NCBI RefSeq assembly: GCF_000150275.1
Contig: NW_002060949.1
Span: forward strand, 5,017,006 to 5,081,005
Source of the DNA: Trichoplax adhaerens
Lineage: Eukaryota > Animalia > Placozoa
Reading direction: 5' to 3'
DNA length: 64,000 nucleotides
The notes beneath the pieces are model-generated. The model searched no databases. It was not told where the DNA came from and was given only the letters and a program-made list of their open reading frames with translations. The translations under genes were made by a program, and so were the position numbers. This document shows positions 27,926 through 41,976 of this stretch, piece by piece (the first letter of the stretch is position 1; each line of letters begins with the position of its first letter).

Positions 27926-29754
27926 GTTATCATGATGGCACCAAATGCTCATTTTACTTGCTACTATTATAATTATTAGCGAATTATATTGCATACCATC
28001 CAGTCTCTGCTAAAACAAGTAGCAGAAATGTTTTCGTTACGATGATTACAGTTTAACTGGCTATAATAGTAAGAATAGCATTCGAAGACTTTAAAAAGTG
28101 CTATAAGTTATCCACATCATCTTATCAGAAATTATTGCAAAAAATTAATTCTGGTCTATGCCGCACTTAAGATAGTAATTTTAACGATTTTCTCGCTGTT
28201 TCCCGGCTAATATGACAAATCAATTTTCATTCAGTCTTGCTTATTAAGCTAAAGGACAAACGTGAACAAGAAGGAACCTCATTATAATTATAGCAAATAG
28301 AAATTAGGAACGTTTATTATATACAAATTTGTTGCATTCTTATTGAGCTTCCCAGGTATATGAATATCGAATAATTTTTACTATTAATTATGTTACAGTA
28401 AGTGATTACGGTTGCACAGTTAATAAATTCGCTGTTTGTCATGTCATATCATAATAAAATTTCCAATTCTAGAATTAGAAATTAGCAATAACGGCAAATA
28501 AATATCTGATATAACAGTTAATAGATGCTGGATGATTAAATTTTAATAATTCTATTATGAAACGTAGGTTTCAAATAATCCGATCAGATTCTTTATATGT
28601 AAGAGTAAGATGTAAATAACATCACTTTCTAGTACAAATCTTGTTATTAACTTGCTATAAAACCTCCTAAACTGCTATCATTATGACTGCTATTGATATC
28701 TGGTTATCAACATCATTAGTATCTATCGGTCGCTTTAGTATGCAGTTTAATAAAAAGTAAGATTGTCATTTCACATGACATTTTCCATTTTATTAAGAAG
28801 CTCCTAGAGAAAGCAGTTAGTAAAATATCTGTCACTGCCAACTTTCAAATTCTTCTTCAAAACATACAATATAAGGTTATACGAAACTATTTCATGGCTT
28901 TAACGAACTATAATATCATGATAGCGATAATTCTAAAAGAAATCAGCAGATACTATTGATCTATTACTACTTCTATTTTGCGCTGGTAATTTAAATGAAT
29001 TCAAATGGAAGTGAACATCTAAGTTAATCTACTGTATTTACTTTTTATTGAATTCAATATCCATTTAATGATCATATTACTGTTTTCAATTAAGATGCTA
29101 CATCCGTGCTCCATAAAATCCTATTGTTGATTGTTTAATAGCTTTTCATCTCAATTATTAAGTGACAGCTCTTTGTCCGTTTAAAGATATCGGCATGCAT
29201 TTCTTATTTATTTTTGCACCGATGTCCAAAAACATCAAAAGCTGTTATATCGCCAAATAAGTTGAAGATATTACTGAAAATCAATGGCAAAGAAGTACTT
29301 ATGTCAGTGATCTATCTTATCGCTAAAACATCATTAAAAAATTAATACAGATTATTGGGATGTCTTTATATCGTTATATGTTAAGAAATTGAAGTTATGA
29401 CAACAGGCAACATGGTGCGCATAATACTATTCCGGATATTACTACTCCAAAAATGTATATGGCAATAAAAACAAGAATTTTTCCGGCTAAAATTAATATT
29501 GAATTATTGCAATACCGGTATACCATAGTTTGTTGGCAAAAGCGATGTTACAGCCTTGATCGGATATTTTATCAGTAAAGTTGTAGTGTACTTGAAGTTT
29601 ATTTTTATACAATGAAAGGAAATTTGTTTACAATCTATTATAGGTAAGAAAATTTATTTCTTTTCTTCTTGATCTACTCTACTATTTGCTATTCAATCGG
29701 ATGCTTATTGGTAAATAGCCTACTGTCAAAATACTAAACGTTACAATTTATATG

Positions 29755-29925
29755 AAGGAATATCGTATTGTGCCTTTAATTTTCAAATATTTAATAATAT
29801 GCTATATATTAGAATTTTTACAAAGGAATGTCGTATTTTATCTTCAATTTTCAAATATTTAATATACTAGACATTAGAATTCATACAAAGGAATATCGAT
29901 TTCTACTTTCAATTTTCAAATGTTT
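29755..29925. repeat. Tandem repeat, ~66 bp unit, ~2.6 copies
   Basis: AAGGAATrTCG...AATTTTCAAAT occurs three times in tandem. Confidence 0.8.
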
Positions 29926-30886
29926 TAATTAACAAGTCCAGTTCAGCAGATATTGTTGTCATGAAAATGTATGCTCTTCAATTATAAAGATCAACATAGC
30001 CGATGAAAAGACGCAGCAATTATCCAATTTTAATCAATGTGACCAATATTTGAAAAAGATTACTTGCAATTCTTTGTAAGACGTTGTTACTACTTAAAAT
30101 ATATAATTATATTTGCCTTGACCTCGTGAAAAATAGTACTTTATTGTTATATAGCGGAACTATTCACCTAAGTGCTCAGTCTGACTTGAACTTTGAGGTT
30201 AAATAATTTTTTGTATCAATAATTTACAATAAGTGAATATTACTCTAAATCCGGCAGAATAAAAAATATACCGATAGTTTTTAGTTCAAGTTGGATATAC
30301 AGAATTGATCATAGTTTACTACTCATAATCAAGGTTTAAAAATATACAATTGGAAATAATTGCTAAAATCATAAAATTCACACGATCAAAATTTAGTTAC
30401 CAGTTCTGAAGCTAGATCAATCATCTATTATATAAGTATTATATCAGAAAGCTAATAAAACCTGTTAAAAAATAATGCTGTTTTTACTATAAAAACACAA
30501 TAAAAAGAATATTATCTAACTCAGCTATATTATTACTAATATAGCATAATAAGTTATAAATATCGAAACAATAATTGGTTAGTAACTTAAACTTACCTAT
30601 CAATCAATTTAAGACCTCATTAATTCATATTGTGATACTAAAATACTGTTATAATGTAATTTTCTTGCATTATAATAATTAATAAGTGCACTAAATAAAT
30701 ATTATCTTGACGCTGACTTGGCCAAGTGGATATTTTTACAGCTCAATATACACTTCTTTTTGTCATATTTGTAGTGCAATTCTAATTACTAATAATACGT
30801 TCGTCATCAGGAGGCTATAATTATTCTATACTCCTGTAGACAAAAGATCTAGGCAAACAACGCTACTAAACTATATCAATACCAAT

Positions 30887-31210
30887 GAGTTTGGCTAAAA
30901 TAACATTACAAAATTGTACAGTTATCCATGCATGTACATATATAAGTCATAGATAAGCTTGCTATCACTAAATATCAAAGGCACTTATTAGACAAAAAAA
31001 GTTTTAATGTTACTAAACAAAATTCCTTCCACGCTAATCTTATCTTTTACTGATAAATTCGGCTAAGATAACATCACAAAATTAAACAATTATCTATTCA
31101 AGCATATATAAAATATACGTAAGATCTCTCACACTAACTATTAAGTCAATTTATTGATAAAAATAGTATTACACTTACCAAACAAAAATCCTTCCATGCT
31201 TAGCTTATTT
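30887..31210. repeat. Degenerate tandem duplication, ~170 bp x2, upstream of CRD gene A
   Basis: GGCTAArATAACATyACAAAATT...AAACAAAA.TCCTTCCAyGCT appears twice. Confidence 0.75.
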
Positions 31211-31483
31211 ATAATAAATGTGTAATAAAAGGTACCGTTAAAGTTAGAAAGATGGATAGAATTTATAATGATAACATGTAAGGATAAATAATTTCAAAGA
31301 GAATACAAATATACGTAAATTAATTATAATTATTGATGATTGATAGATACAGTAGTTGAGCCTAATAAGGTAATATCATCCTAATTAAATGTTATATTAT
31401 AAGCATTTTCCAGTCAGCAAAATTAGTGCTTATTTTATCTAGGGAATAAATTCGCAAAAATAAATAAAAATAGAATTTCCATC

Positions 31484-34400
31484 ATGGGTTATTCTTTCAT
31501 CGTTTTTCTCCTGTTTTTACAATCTTGCTATGGATATGAAGAACAATCAAACAAGGTAGATAAACAGCTAGAGAATGAATGTTTCTATCGCGTATTAGCA
31601 GCATAATTTATAATATAATATTGGACAGAGTAAAATGAAATAGATGAAAATCTGATCATGATATGACCATATCACAGACAAAGTTAATCTTTTAGTTATT
31701 GTAGGTTAAAAAATCGTTCATAATTCTCAAATAGATGTACTTACATCTGTGTTACAAGTTACATTTAACCACTATCTAAAGCATTCTCAGATTCTCAAAA
31801 TTTAGCTGTAGTAACAAATCAAACTAAGTTGATTAGAAACTACGGTATAAAATTTTTGAAACCTTTATTCATTCCTATAAACCCAAATTATTCAAGTAGT
31901 TCGACTTTTATATCTATTTCCTGATAGCATAGATATTTTAATTTCAATCCCAACTTGAAGCTATACTTTAGAATCATTTTACGAAGAAACTGGATAAACG
32001 GAATTCATCATTTGAGCATTTACTAGTATCAATTCAACAATAGAAATCATATTTTGAAGAAGCATATATCATTCATTATGCTTATAGAAAGGAAAAGATA
32101 CTAGCAAGGATAAGATAAGCGCGTAATTTTGTAAAGTAACGATGATAAACATATCAATATGATGATGAAAAAATACTTTCCATCTTACATTAAAGTAGAG
32201 AGATTGAAAGCTTCTGCATAGAAATTGTCAGTTACCGTATATAGTATTTGGCACTCGTAAGCCAGTTAACAAAATTATCCATTGAATAAATTGATTTAAA
32301 AATAATTAATTGATTTTGATAAGATAGGAGTAAAAAGTGGTATCATTTAGAGAGTTATACTATATTATCATAATAGAAGATGAAAAGGCTCATGTAGTAA
32401 CTATTAGACGACCCAGAGCGAGTAAGAAATTATCCTATAAGGACATTTATTGCTTTTAATAGCCAGATATCGATTAACATCTAGCGTAGAAACTGATATC
32501 ACTTAGGGAACCATGCTATACTATAATTATACAAGATGAAAAAGTCTCACGTAGTTGTTAGATGACCCAAGCGACTGATAAAATTATCTTATAATGACAT
32601 TTATTTTTTTAATAGCGTGATATCAAGTTGCTTCTACTGTATTATGCACAGTATATACTAATTTACACGGCAGAATAGATTACATTAAAGAAAGGAATAA
32701 ATTAGTATGGCCAGATTCAATAATGTTATTTAAAGTTATAAAAATTATTCAATCCATAAGTCGATAATGAGACAATTCCATACTCTATTTATTAAAAAGA
32801 ATGAAAGTTATTTCCTTTTTCGTCAACACCGCATAATATTTCTATCAAGTCCATTCCATTTTGATTGACAGTTTTATTATTTTTCATGTGAAGGCAACTT
32901 ATGACTTTAACCTATAATTTTTTGTTTTTCTCTAATAAGTTACGTCTGTAATAGTTTGATTAAAGGTATTAATGCTTCTAATCGAGCCCTAGCATATAAT
33001 CTCCTTTAACCTAAAATTTTTAATGCCGTTAAGATCTACATCAATTTAATTAGTATATGAATTAATAATTTTGAAAGTAAAAAGCCTATAAAAATCTTCA
33101 AATATATTGCCTTCATATCATCATTTTACGGAATAATATAATTCATGTTTAAGTGTCTCCTTGTCATCGATTTTTCTATACTGTCTTATTCCTAATTTGT
33201 ATTAATTACAAAGTTCGGATATTCTAAGGGATACTGACGATTCTAATGGTAATAAAATTATTTCTATCATTCTGTTCTTAGATAAAAACAAAGTTAGCTA
33301 GCAGTATAACTACGCAAGCCTACTACGATAGTAATATCCATTCCTGTAGGCGGCTCGATCCAGTTGGACAGCGATANNNNNNNNNNNNNNNNNNNNNNNN
33401 NNNNNNNNNNNNNNNNNNNNNNNNNNNNNNNNNNNNNNNNNNNNNNNNNNNNNNNNNNNNNNNNNNNNNNNNNNNNNNNNNNNNNNNNNNNNNNNNNNNN
33501 NNNNNNNNNNNNNNNNNNNNNNNNNNNNNNNNNNNNNNNNNNNNNNNNNNNNNNNNNNNNNNNNNNNNNNNNNNNNNNNNNNNNNNNNNNNNNNNNNNNN
33601 NNNNNNNNNNNNNNNNNNNCTACAGCATGCGCTTATACGCCAGCAATGGCATTTATGTCGCTATGCGGTACTAACGTTCATTCTCATACATATAGCTTGT
33701 TGGATTGTACAAAACCATCTGACATGTATCATTGGCCTAAATATTGTCCTCCACTACCTACTCAGATTCGATTTCCACAATGGATGTTACCATTATTGAG
33801 TTCGCGTCGTACTACTGCCATAGCAGTTAAAAGCAATTTAATACAAACTCATGGGTTATATCATCAGTGCCTTGATCAAGCTACGACTATCATTTGTCAA
33901 TCGATACCATTTTGCTCTTCAGATGGGAAAAGATTACTTAGTGGTACAACAAAACAAGATTGTATATCGAAAACTTCCTGGTAAGTTTATGTGTGATGAA
34001 TGAATAACGAGAAATTATCCTATGTAAATATTAGACTAAGTTTATTATAATGACAGAGACTTACCTGCTACATGGTTTTGGAAAATGTTGTTTCTTATCT
34101 CTATAGCACTATTTACTTCCTAATTTTGAAGTCATCTACTGTAATTCTGTTTACAATAGGTAGTTGAATATGTAATTTCTAAATTTTAAGTACTTCTAGG
34201 ACTTACAAGTACAGTCATTCCTAGTTAAATTCACTCATACTAATTAGATTATTAGTGAAATGATGTTGAATACGTTTTGATTACGTATAGGTTCAATACT
34301 TTATGTAGGACTATTATTTACTGTAATATCTAATTATGTGTAAGCTATATCATTCAGAATATTAATGATATTCGTACACATAAGATTAAATGGTTATACC

Positions 34401-35158
34401 TAATTTTAATATCATATTATCTGCGTTATCGCTGACTTTGTTCCCATTTATTATCAATTTACGATCCTAATTCTTTACTCAGGATAATAAATGCTACATG
34501 CAGTATACTGTCATTTTGGTACTTTATCCGCCATACAATTATCACTAATTCTTATTCGTAATTATCAGTGCATCCTAGATATTTTCGTAGACTAAGGGAT
34601 ACCCATATATAACATAACGTATTCGTAGTTGCATACAATATTGGTCATAAAGAAATAATTCCGTAGTGTCTACCATTGATCAAAAAGCCCAGTGTAATTA
34701 ATCTTCGGTATTATAAATAATACCTTCATTATTGACAACGTTCAACACCTGCAATATTTGATAGTATTTACTGTACATATACTTCATGCGATAATATGCA
34801 AAATTAAACATCTAAAGAGGGGTAAACGTTTTGTCGTCGCTAATGGTCAGACTAAAATTAAAACTATAATTCTTTTTATAGTCTGACAGGTATTGCGAAA
34901 TTACTAGTCAACGCAACACTTGATTGTGGATCATTTCCAGACTCTGAGGCAAAACAAGAATTGATTGAATCTGATCAAGGCTATGGTGATTCCACTACAT
35001 TTATTCTACCAGAAACAACTACAAAAATTGTTTCTAGTATCGGTACTACCGTTGACTCAAGTCAAAAGAATATTAATGCTGCGCAGTCTTTTCTCGTTAC
35101 GTCAGTTAACAGTCTAGTCGCTTTAATTAGTATGACTATTATAATGATTTTACACTAA
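31484..35158 (+). CDS. Secreted, probably GPI-anchored protein with tandem Frizzled-like cysteine-rich domains, paralog A (interrupted by assembly gap)
   Basis: Exon 1 (31484-31555) is MGYSFIVFLLFLQSCYGYEEQSNK, a signal peptide. Exon 2 runs from 33282 across the gap to 33980, reading SNIHSCRRLD before the gap and C-x8-C-x5-C...CISKTS after it. Exon 3 (34882-35158) has CGSFP, a Ser/Thr-rich stalk, NAA and a hydrophobic C-terminus. Intron phases (0, 2) match paralog B. Confidence 0.78.
32377..32624. repeat. Direct duplication (~95 bp, period ~156 bp) in intron 1 of CRD gene A
   Basis: AAGATGAAAA..CTCAyGTAGT...TTAGAyGACCCA...AAATTATCyTATAA.GACATTTATT...GATATC at 32377 and 32533. Confidence 0.75.
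33377..33619. other. Assembly gap (243 N) inside coding exon 2 of CRD gene A
   Basis: Run of N. The reading frames on the two sides differ, so the length is probably only an estimate. Confidence 0.98.
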
Positions 35159-36081
35159 GATTGAAACACCAATAGCTACCTTAGGGAAGGATAAAAATAA
35201 TAAAAATACTCAAGGTCTACTATCATCATCAATATAAGCATTGATAAGACGCGCATTATTATAGTTATTAATTATTTAAATAAACAGTGTTTTAGTATCG
35301 GCAATAATCGAAGGTGGTATACTGTCAAAAAATCTGAATTTAGTAACTACTTATCTTAGTATTAGTAATGTTATGTGACGCTTTTAAAATAAATAATTTG
35401 CTATTGCATAATATGGTAATCATTATAGTGAGAAGGATCGTATAATTATAATTGTATGCTGTATTATCTAAATAAATTTATTAAGATTAATAAACTTTTA
35501 CACGTATGTATGAACATTGTATTATCAGTATGTATTCACAGATTTAGATTAAAACATTAAATTAAATATAACAATTTTGGGCTATGGTATAGTAAATTTT
35601 AAGTGGAAATTAACAATCCTCAAAGGAGATAATTGGTTCTTAGCTGCCCACTGAGCGCCATCTTTTCATGTGAATCAGAGGCTTTGTTTCGGTTTTTCAA
35701 ATGGCCGACATCCCTTCTATATATATTTTAATTTTTAAAGAAGAAGATATTAACACAGGATTGCATCACGAACATTGTCTATATCTTACGTGAGAGACGA
35801 AAATCACCATACTATAATTGTATAAACACCACATATCTTAATAGTATGAAAATTTCTTGATATGTTATTATTTCTTCATTTAAGAATGTTAGTAGACGTT
35901 ACAAATTTCTTAATGTATCAATTTAGGCATTGACTATGAGTTAATACTAATATATGTTGTTCTATCAATCAATGAAATATGGCTATAAACTCTCCATGCT
36001 ATCAAAATAGTACTAATATACTTAAGTAGATCTAATGTGTATTAAGTTGAACTATTAATAACCCCTAAATATACATACTTA

Positions 36082-39000
36082 TTAACTGTTTTCAATGGCA
36101 AAAAAACTATCTAGTAGCTGACTAGCAGTTTTTCTTAATGATTCATCATCTCGGTATAAGAGTAAATCTAACTCCTCTTGTATATTCAATTGATTCAGTA
36201 TGCGCTTGCCCTTTAATTTCGGTAAGAGATAGGATCGTTATCAAAAGCTATGTATTGCCTACTGTATTAATAAGGACAATATGAGCAGTACTTACATCGG
36301 GAATCGTCGCTATCGTAATCTGAATGATATCTAAGAACACTAATGCTTTATCCACATCTGCAGATTTTAAGTTAGCCGTAACAGCTAAAAGGTAAAATTA
36401 GTTTTATTAATAAGACAAAAAAATAAATTGGATAATTAAAAATTTGAAAGATACTAAAGTACGTAGCTATGCCGACCCCGAGCTAATTCTTGTGTATTCT
36501 TACCTTGCAAAGCGTTCAAACGGGCAAGATGCTGGATACAATCTGAGCCAAGACTAGCATAATTTCTTAAAGCCATAGCTGCCTAACATTAGCGAGTATT
36601 TTATTAACTTAGTCCTACGCAATCTCTTTATCAATAGACTATCATGAAATGTCAAATTAAGTCTACTTCTATTCCAATTTCATTGGCCCAAGAAAGTCGT
36701 TTAATAGCTTCCTTAATCAGCTCAATCCCACTCTCATTTATAACCGTTAAATTCACTTGAGATCCACCTATTCATACAATAATAAAGTATTCAACCCTGT
36801 TGTAGCTATATTCAAATTATAGCTTCTTAATTGCTGATATAATACGCCAAATACATACTTACATAATAGATTTGAAAATAACCAAAAAATTTCCTTAACC
36901 ACGTGACTTGATAAAAATATTAAAATAAGATCATTTTATTCATGAAATACCAATAAATTCGTACTCAGATGATATCCCCAGTTTTTTGCCGAAGCCACCG
37001 TTAGTATAAAATAATTTATGCACCTATGAGTATTATGGTTAATCCAGTATATTAAATCATTTAAAATTCTTGGTTCTTCCAAAATTAAGGCATTAAATTC
37101 ATCTAATCCACCCGCAAGATTTCCAATAATTCTAATAGCTGGTGTTAGAATCTGAAATATAAAAATATTGACCTTCACAATTAATGTCCATAGACAAAGT
37201 TAAAGTAAGAATTCTAACATAATTAATATAACATAGACCTACTTTAATTTGGTAATTTCGTGATTCCGTTAAAAAGCGAATGACTTTTGTTACTAGCTTT
37301 ACAATATTAGTCGATAATAAGACACTGTCATATCCGTCCCTACAATAATTAAAATAGAAGTAAATTTTATTGAAGGAACTAGCGTTTATATTGCATGAAA
37401 ATAGCTCACTTGGCAGTAATATGATGCAGTAGATGTAATATATCAGGCAAAATCGTAAAAGATATCTTATCTTCCTTATCAAATTGAAGGTGGTTCGTCA
37501 AGTACTTCAAGACGTTACAATCTATCATTTCTCTATAAGATTTATAAAGATATACAATACATTAATTACATAAACACTATAAGTTGTATAGCCGACTTTA
37601 CCTCTACTGACAACATATATATAATAGGAACTAATAAAAGTAATAATATAAATTTTAATATAGACGTACTTGAGGTTAATATCATCTTCCCTGGTGAAAT
37701 TGGAGAGTGCAAATGCAGCAGATTGTATAACATTTTCAGATGTTGCCTAAAAATGTTATTGAATGGATGGAATAAAAACTTCAAGTCTACAGTATACTTT
37801 TAATCGAAATTCGTTGCTAAATCCTATCTGCTCTATGTTAAATAAAAGTCAAAAATTTACGTTTAATAGTGATACTAGAGGTTTGGTGACACCCTGTTTG
37901 ACTAATAATTTCCGAGATTTTTTACCATCCCCAGCCATGTTCCCAATAGCCCAAGCACATTGATCCTAAGATAATGAGACGGTAGACTAAGGTATGAATA
38001 ACTAAAGCATACAGCACTATAGAAAAATTTATACATTAGGATTTAAAGTAATAAATAATTATATAATTAATAAATCTATAGGATGTGTATAATACGTGAA
38101 ATGATAGTTATCTCCATAATTACAGTGCATAGTAAAAAATACCTGCATCGCCAAATTTTGTCCAGACAGGTAAGTAATACAATATGGGGCAGCCAGACGC
38201 GTTACTTGTAGCGTTTGTTTATGATTTCCTGTACAAATATTGGTAATGCACCAAGCAGCATGCTCCTGCAAATCTGAATCACTCTGGGTTAAGATACCGA
38301 TTAGTGATTGTAGAGCATTGTCGACACTACAGACGGATAGGAAATAAAATTCACGATTAAACCTGAAGTTAATGCGATAGAATATCAATATATGTCGTGT
38401 ATATAGTGAGAGATGAATTATAAAATTGTAATTTACTGCCTTCCTTCACAGGCAACTTAATAGTAGTGTCTGCTTATGTTAGAACTAGTTACCCTAGAAA
38501 TGTTGAGATTAAGGCCTCATCTTGAGTAAAAGCTCTGCATAAATTCTTCAGTATATCCATTCTGGAATTATTATGCTTTAGCAATCCTCGAGCCAGGGTC
38601 TGTACCTTTAAGAGATACGTACATACTGGTATTAAGCAAAGACACTACAGATTAATCAGTAAAACATTTCTAAATTTATTCTAGAACTTAATTCTACGTT
38701 GCGAATCTACCATTTTACTGACTGGATCCAATAATTTGTATGCAACTTACATGATTGCTATCATAGTACTGTTCATCCTGGACGTTATCGTTAAAATATC
38801 GAGGTCTTTTTGATGAAATTAATTGATCTCGTTGTCGGCGTATAAAATCTACCAAGAATAAATTGGAGGAAATTATCAGCTGGAAGGATTCGACATCATC
38901 CTTCAAGATACTGATAGAAAATAGTAATCTACCTTACACATCTTTTACTAGATACTGGATTATTTAAATCATGGAACTTGTCATGTTTAAGAGAAATAAG

Positions 39001-39129
39001 TAAGAAATAGGGTAGGATAACTGATCTTATTTTCAATTTACCTTGTTGTTGTTTGCGACGATCATTTCGACGATCTTCAATTTGATCACTAGCATGCTTA
39101 TACAAATGACTATGATCTAGACTAGCCAT
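36082..39129 (-). CDS. TMCO6: TMCO6-like importin-alpha-related armadillo-repeat protein; 14 coding exons
   Basis: The traced exons join in frame from MASLDHSHLYKH...RRNDRRKQQQDFIRRQRDQLISSKR (IBB-like). They continue through LQEHAAWCITNI, YCITYLSG..MQDQCAWAIGNMAGD, SAAFALSN, TPAIRIIGNL and KEIFWLFSNL to ASQLLDSFFAIENS*. The divergent ARM repeats fit TMCO6 better than canonical KPNA. Confidence 0.75.
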
Positions 39130-39994
39130 AATTTGTACCAAAATATGATTCAGTAGTATTTTTCCTCCACAAGCTAGTAACTTTTAGCTAAATGAATGAA
39201 TATGCTGACAATATCACTGAAAAAATAAAATCGATCCAAACGATCTTGTAGATTATACAGCTTTGTACGCTAACACCAGCTGATGAATCCTAACGTAACC
39301 AATTTTTTGGATAACTTTATGACGAAATGAAGTAATAACAGGCAAAATTTTGAGTTTAATGAGTGGTAAAACTATTTCAAGTTAATAAAATGAGGTAAAA
39401 TAGCCAAATAGAAGCGAATTCGATATGAAATTACTCCATCATCACGGAATATTTTGCATGGTTGCAGCTGAGCAAGGTAGAGGTGCTTGCCTGCAGCGAG
39501 CTGTCTAGCCTGGATATGGAGAGCAAAGTAAATTTTAGGATAGTGTCCAATACAATCGTCTTTTATACAGTATTTAGACTAAGCTAAGTTGTCAAGCAGC
39601 GAAATCGCGACCAAACATTGCTTTTTACTGAGGTGATAAATCAATTTCAACCTAATCTAATATAGTACAGTATGAACATTGTACTAATGTTTAGAACATT
39701 ATATAACCTAAAGGATACAAGAAGTCATATTAAATAAGGATTATCGAGGGGTAGTATAACAAAATAATTTTTGCAATCTAAGGCTTTGTATAGGAGTATA
39801 AAACTGTTGTCTTAGTAATATGAAAATTAATCTGCTTGGAATTATAAAATATCTCATTCAGAGGATTTTGCAGATTTTTTTCTAGTTTTCTGTTCGGTCT
39901 AATCATCAGACAAGAATAATTAGCTAAAAGATAGTTCCAAAATTGCAGTATGCAATGTACAGTATAATCGATAAAGGCGAAGAGCGACTTCATT

Positions 39995-41170
39995 TCTCAT
40001 TTAAGCTGCTACCGCAATCATCAATATATCGTAGCTAAGGTGAACGCATTCGTATATAGATTAAATATACGGCATATATATATAATGGAGCAAGAGCTCG
40101 AAATAATTAGGCGGGTGGTGAATATCACCACTATATATACAGTATAGGCGTAAATAAAATGCTATAATTGTTATATGCTGACATATTCAATTAAATAGCA
40201 GTATATAATTGATAAGGATTCCGAGCTACTTTTTGATGACTTAGAATCGAATAATGATTGGATGTATACAGGATACTTCTAGGTGTAAATTAAATGCTAC
40301 AATTGTTATATGTTAACATATTCAGCGAATAGCAGTTTAGAACTGGCAAGAATGCTGAGCTACGTTTTGATTACTTGTAATTTAACTTAAGCTGTTACCG
40401 CAATTTTAACTATATCATTGCCAATATAATGATTCGTATATTTATATATGTAATAAGAGTCCCTAATACTTAGACAAAGAAAGAATAAATATTTTGATAG
40501 TATAGGCAGCGTAGTGTAACTAAAATCCCGTAATCGTCATATACTATACTTATGTCTTTAATTAATATAAGTATGAAACTACTATATTAGTATAATTGGT
40601 AAAAATACTGACTTACTTTTTGATGACTTAGCAATTAAAGCTATCAGCTACTACCGCTGTTTTAACTATGTCATTCATAAACTACCAATAGCTTGGATAA
40701 TAAATTGATGAACTTTTCCAAGCTCTATCTTGAATTCTAGTCATGGCCAATGTAATTATTTATATATTTATAACTGTAGCAAGAGTTTGTAATAGTTAGA
40801 TAAAGAATGAATATTTTGACAATATAGTTAGCGTAGTGGAACTGAAATCCCATAATTGTCATTCATATACTGTACTTAGATAGTTAATTAATATTAGCAT
40901 GAAATTTCTTTTATTGTAATGATTAAAATTTTGTTCGTACATCAATATTATCATGTATACAGTGCAGTGCTCTATGGTTATTGGATAGCGATTTCACATA
41001 TTTCATTAATATAGAGCATGAGATAAATATCGTTTCTTTTATTATAATGATTCAAAATTTTTATTCGCTAATCGGTATTGTTAGGTTCGCTGTTTCTTGG
41101 TGGTGATTTCATATATTCAATTAATATAAACCATGAAATAAATATCATTTCTTTTTTTCTACTGTATCAA
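39995..41170. repeat. Nested degenerate tandem duplications between TMCO6-like and CRD gene B
   Basis: Recurrent blocks: AGCTryTACCGC (about 40004, 40391, 40647), AAATGCTAyAATTGTTATATG (about 40157, 40292), AGCGTAGTG.AACT.AAATCCC (about 40508, 40830) and ATTAATAT...CATGArAT (about 40887, 41005, 41120). Confidence 0.75.
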
Positions 41171-41976
41171 AGATTCTACTCATAGATCAATTTTATAGGG
41201 TTTGCAGCATTGCTATTGATGATTTACAAGCATTTCATAGTAATTCTAAAAAAATCTTCATGCAATTGTTTTACTGAATGCCGTAATATTTCTTTTATCA
41301 AATATTACCAATAATTCAACTACAACTCAGTCTTTTTTAAAGATGCAAGCACGTAGACGACTGTAGATTACGAGAGTAATAGTCTGTCTACGAACTGTCT
41401 CAATTCGATAATATAATATACCAAAATTGATTCGATTAGTAATATAATTATTATCAACCTAGCTATGATCTTAATTATAACAGCGCTTCAATCGTAATGG
41501 AAGCCTTTGGTATTATTCTTAGCACTATTTTTCCTAAAATGATTGATTTAGACATATTGTTATAGTCGTAATAGATAACAGCAGGAAATAAAACTTATAG
41601 TTATCCCTGAAATTTTTAGTAAATTTTATTTTGTACCTCATCGAACTCATTGATTTTGCAATCATTAATAATTGCTACTATTTCTTTACATAATGCTTTA
41701 ACACGGTACCTGTGTCGCCATGGAAAAGAGTCCTGTTTTGTTTGTATAATAAAATCTTGGGTGACATTCAATTGATAGTTTATCGAAGGTCATAGATCTA
41801 ATTTATTCATTTTTATTGTCTATCCGGTCATACTAAATAACCCTTTGTAATTTTTCTCAATATGATCTTCACAGGAGTAAGACTTAATTATTCAATTTGC
41901 TATTCATATATTTGTTCATCATTTCCGACTACACTTATTCTATCCATTTCGCTAAAAAGCGACACCAGCCAAAAAT

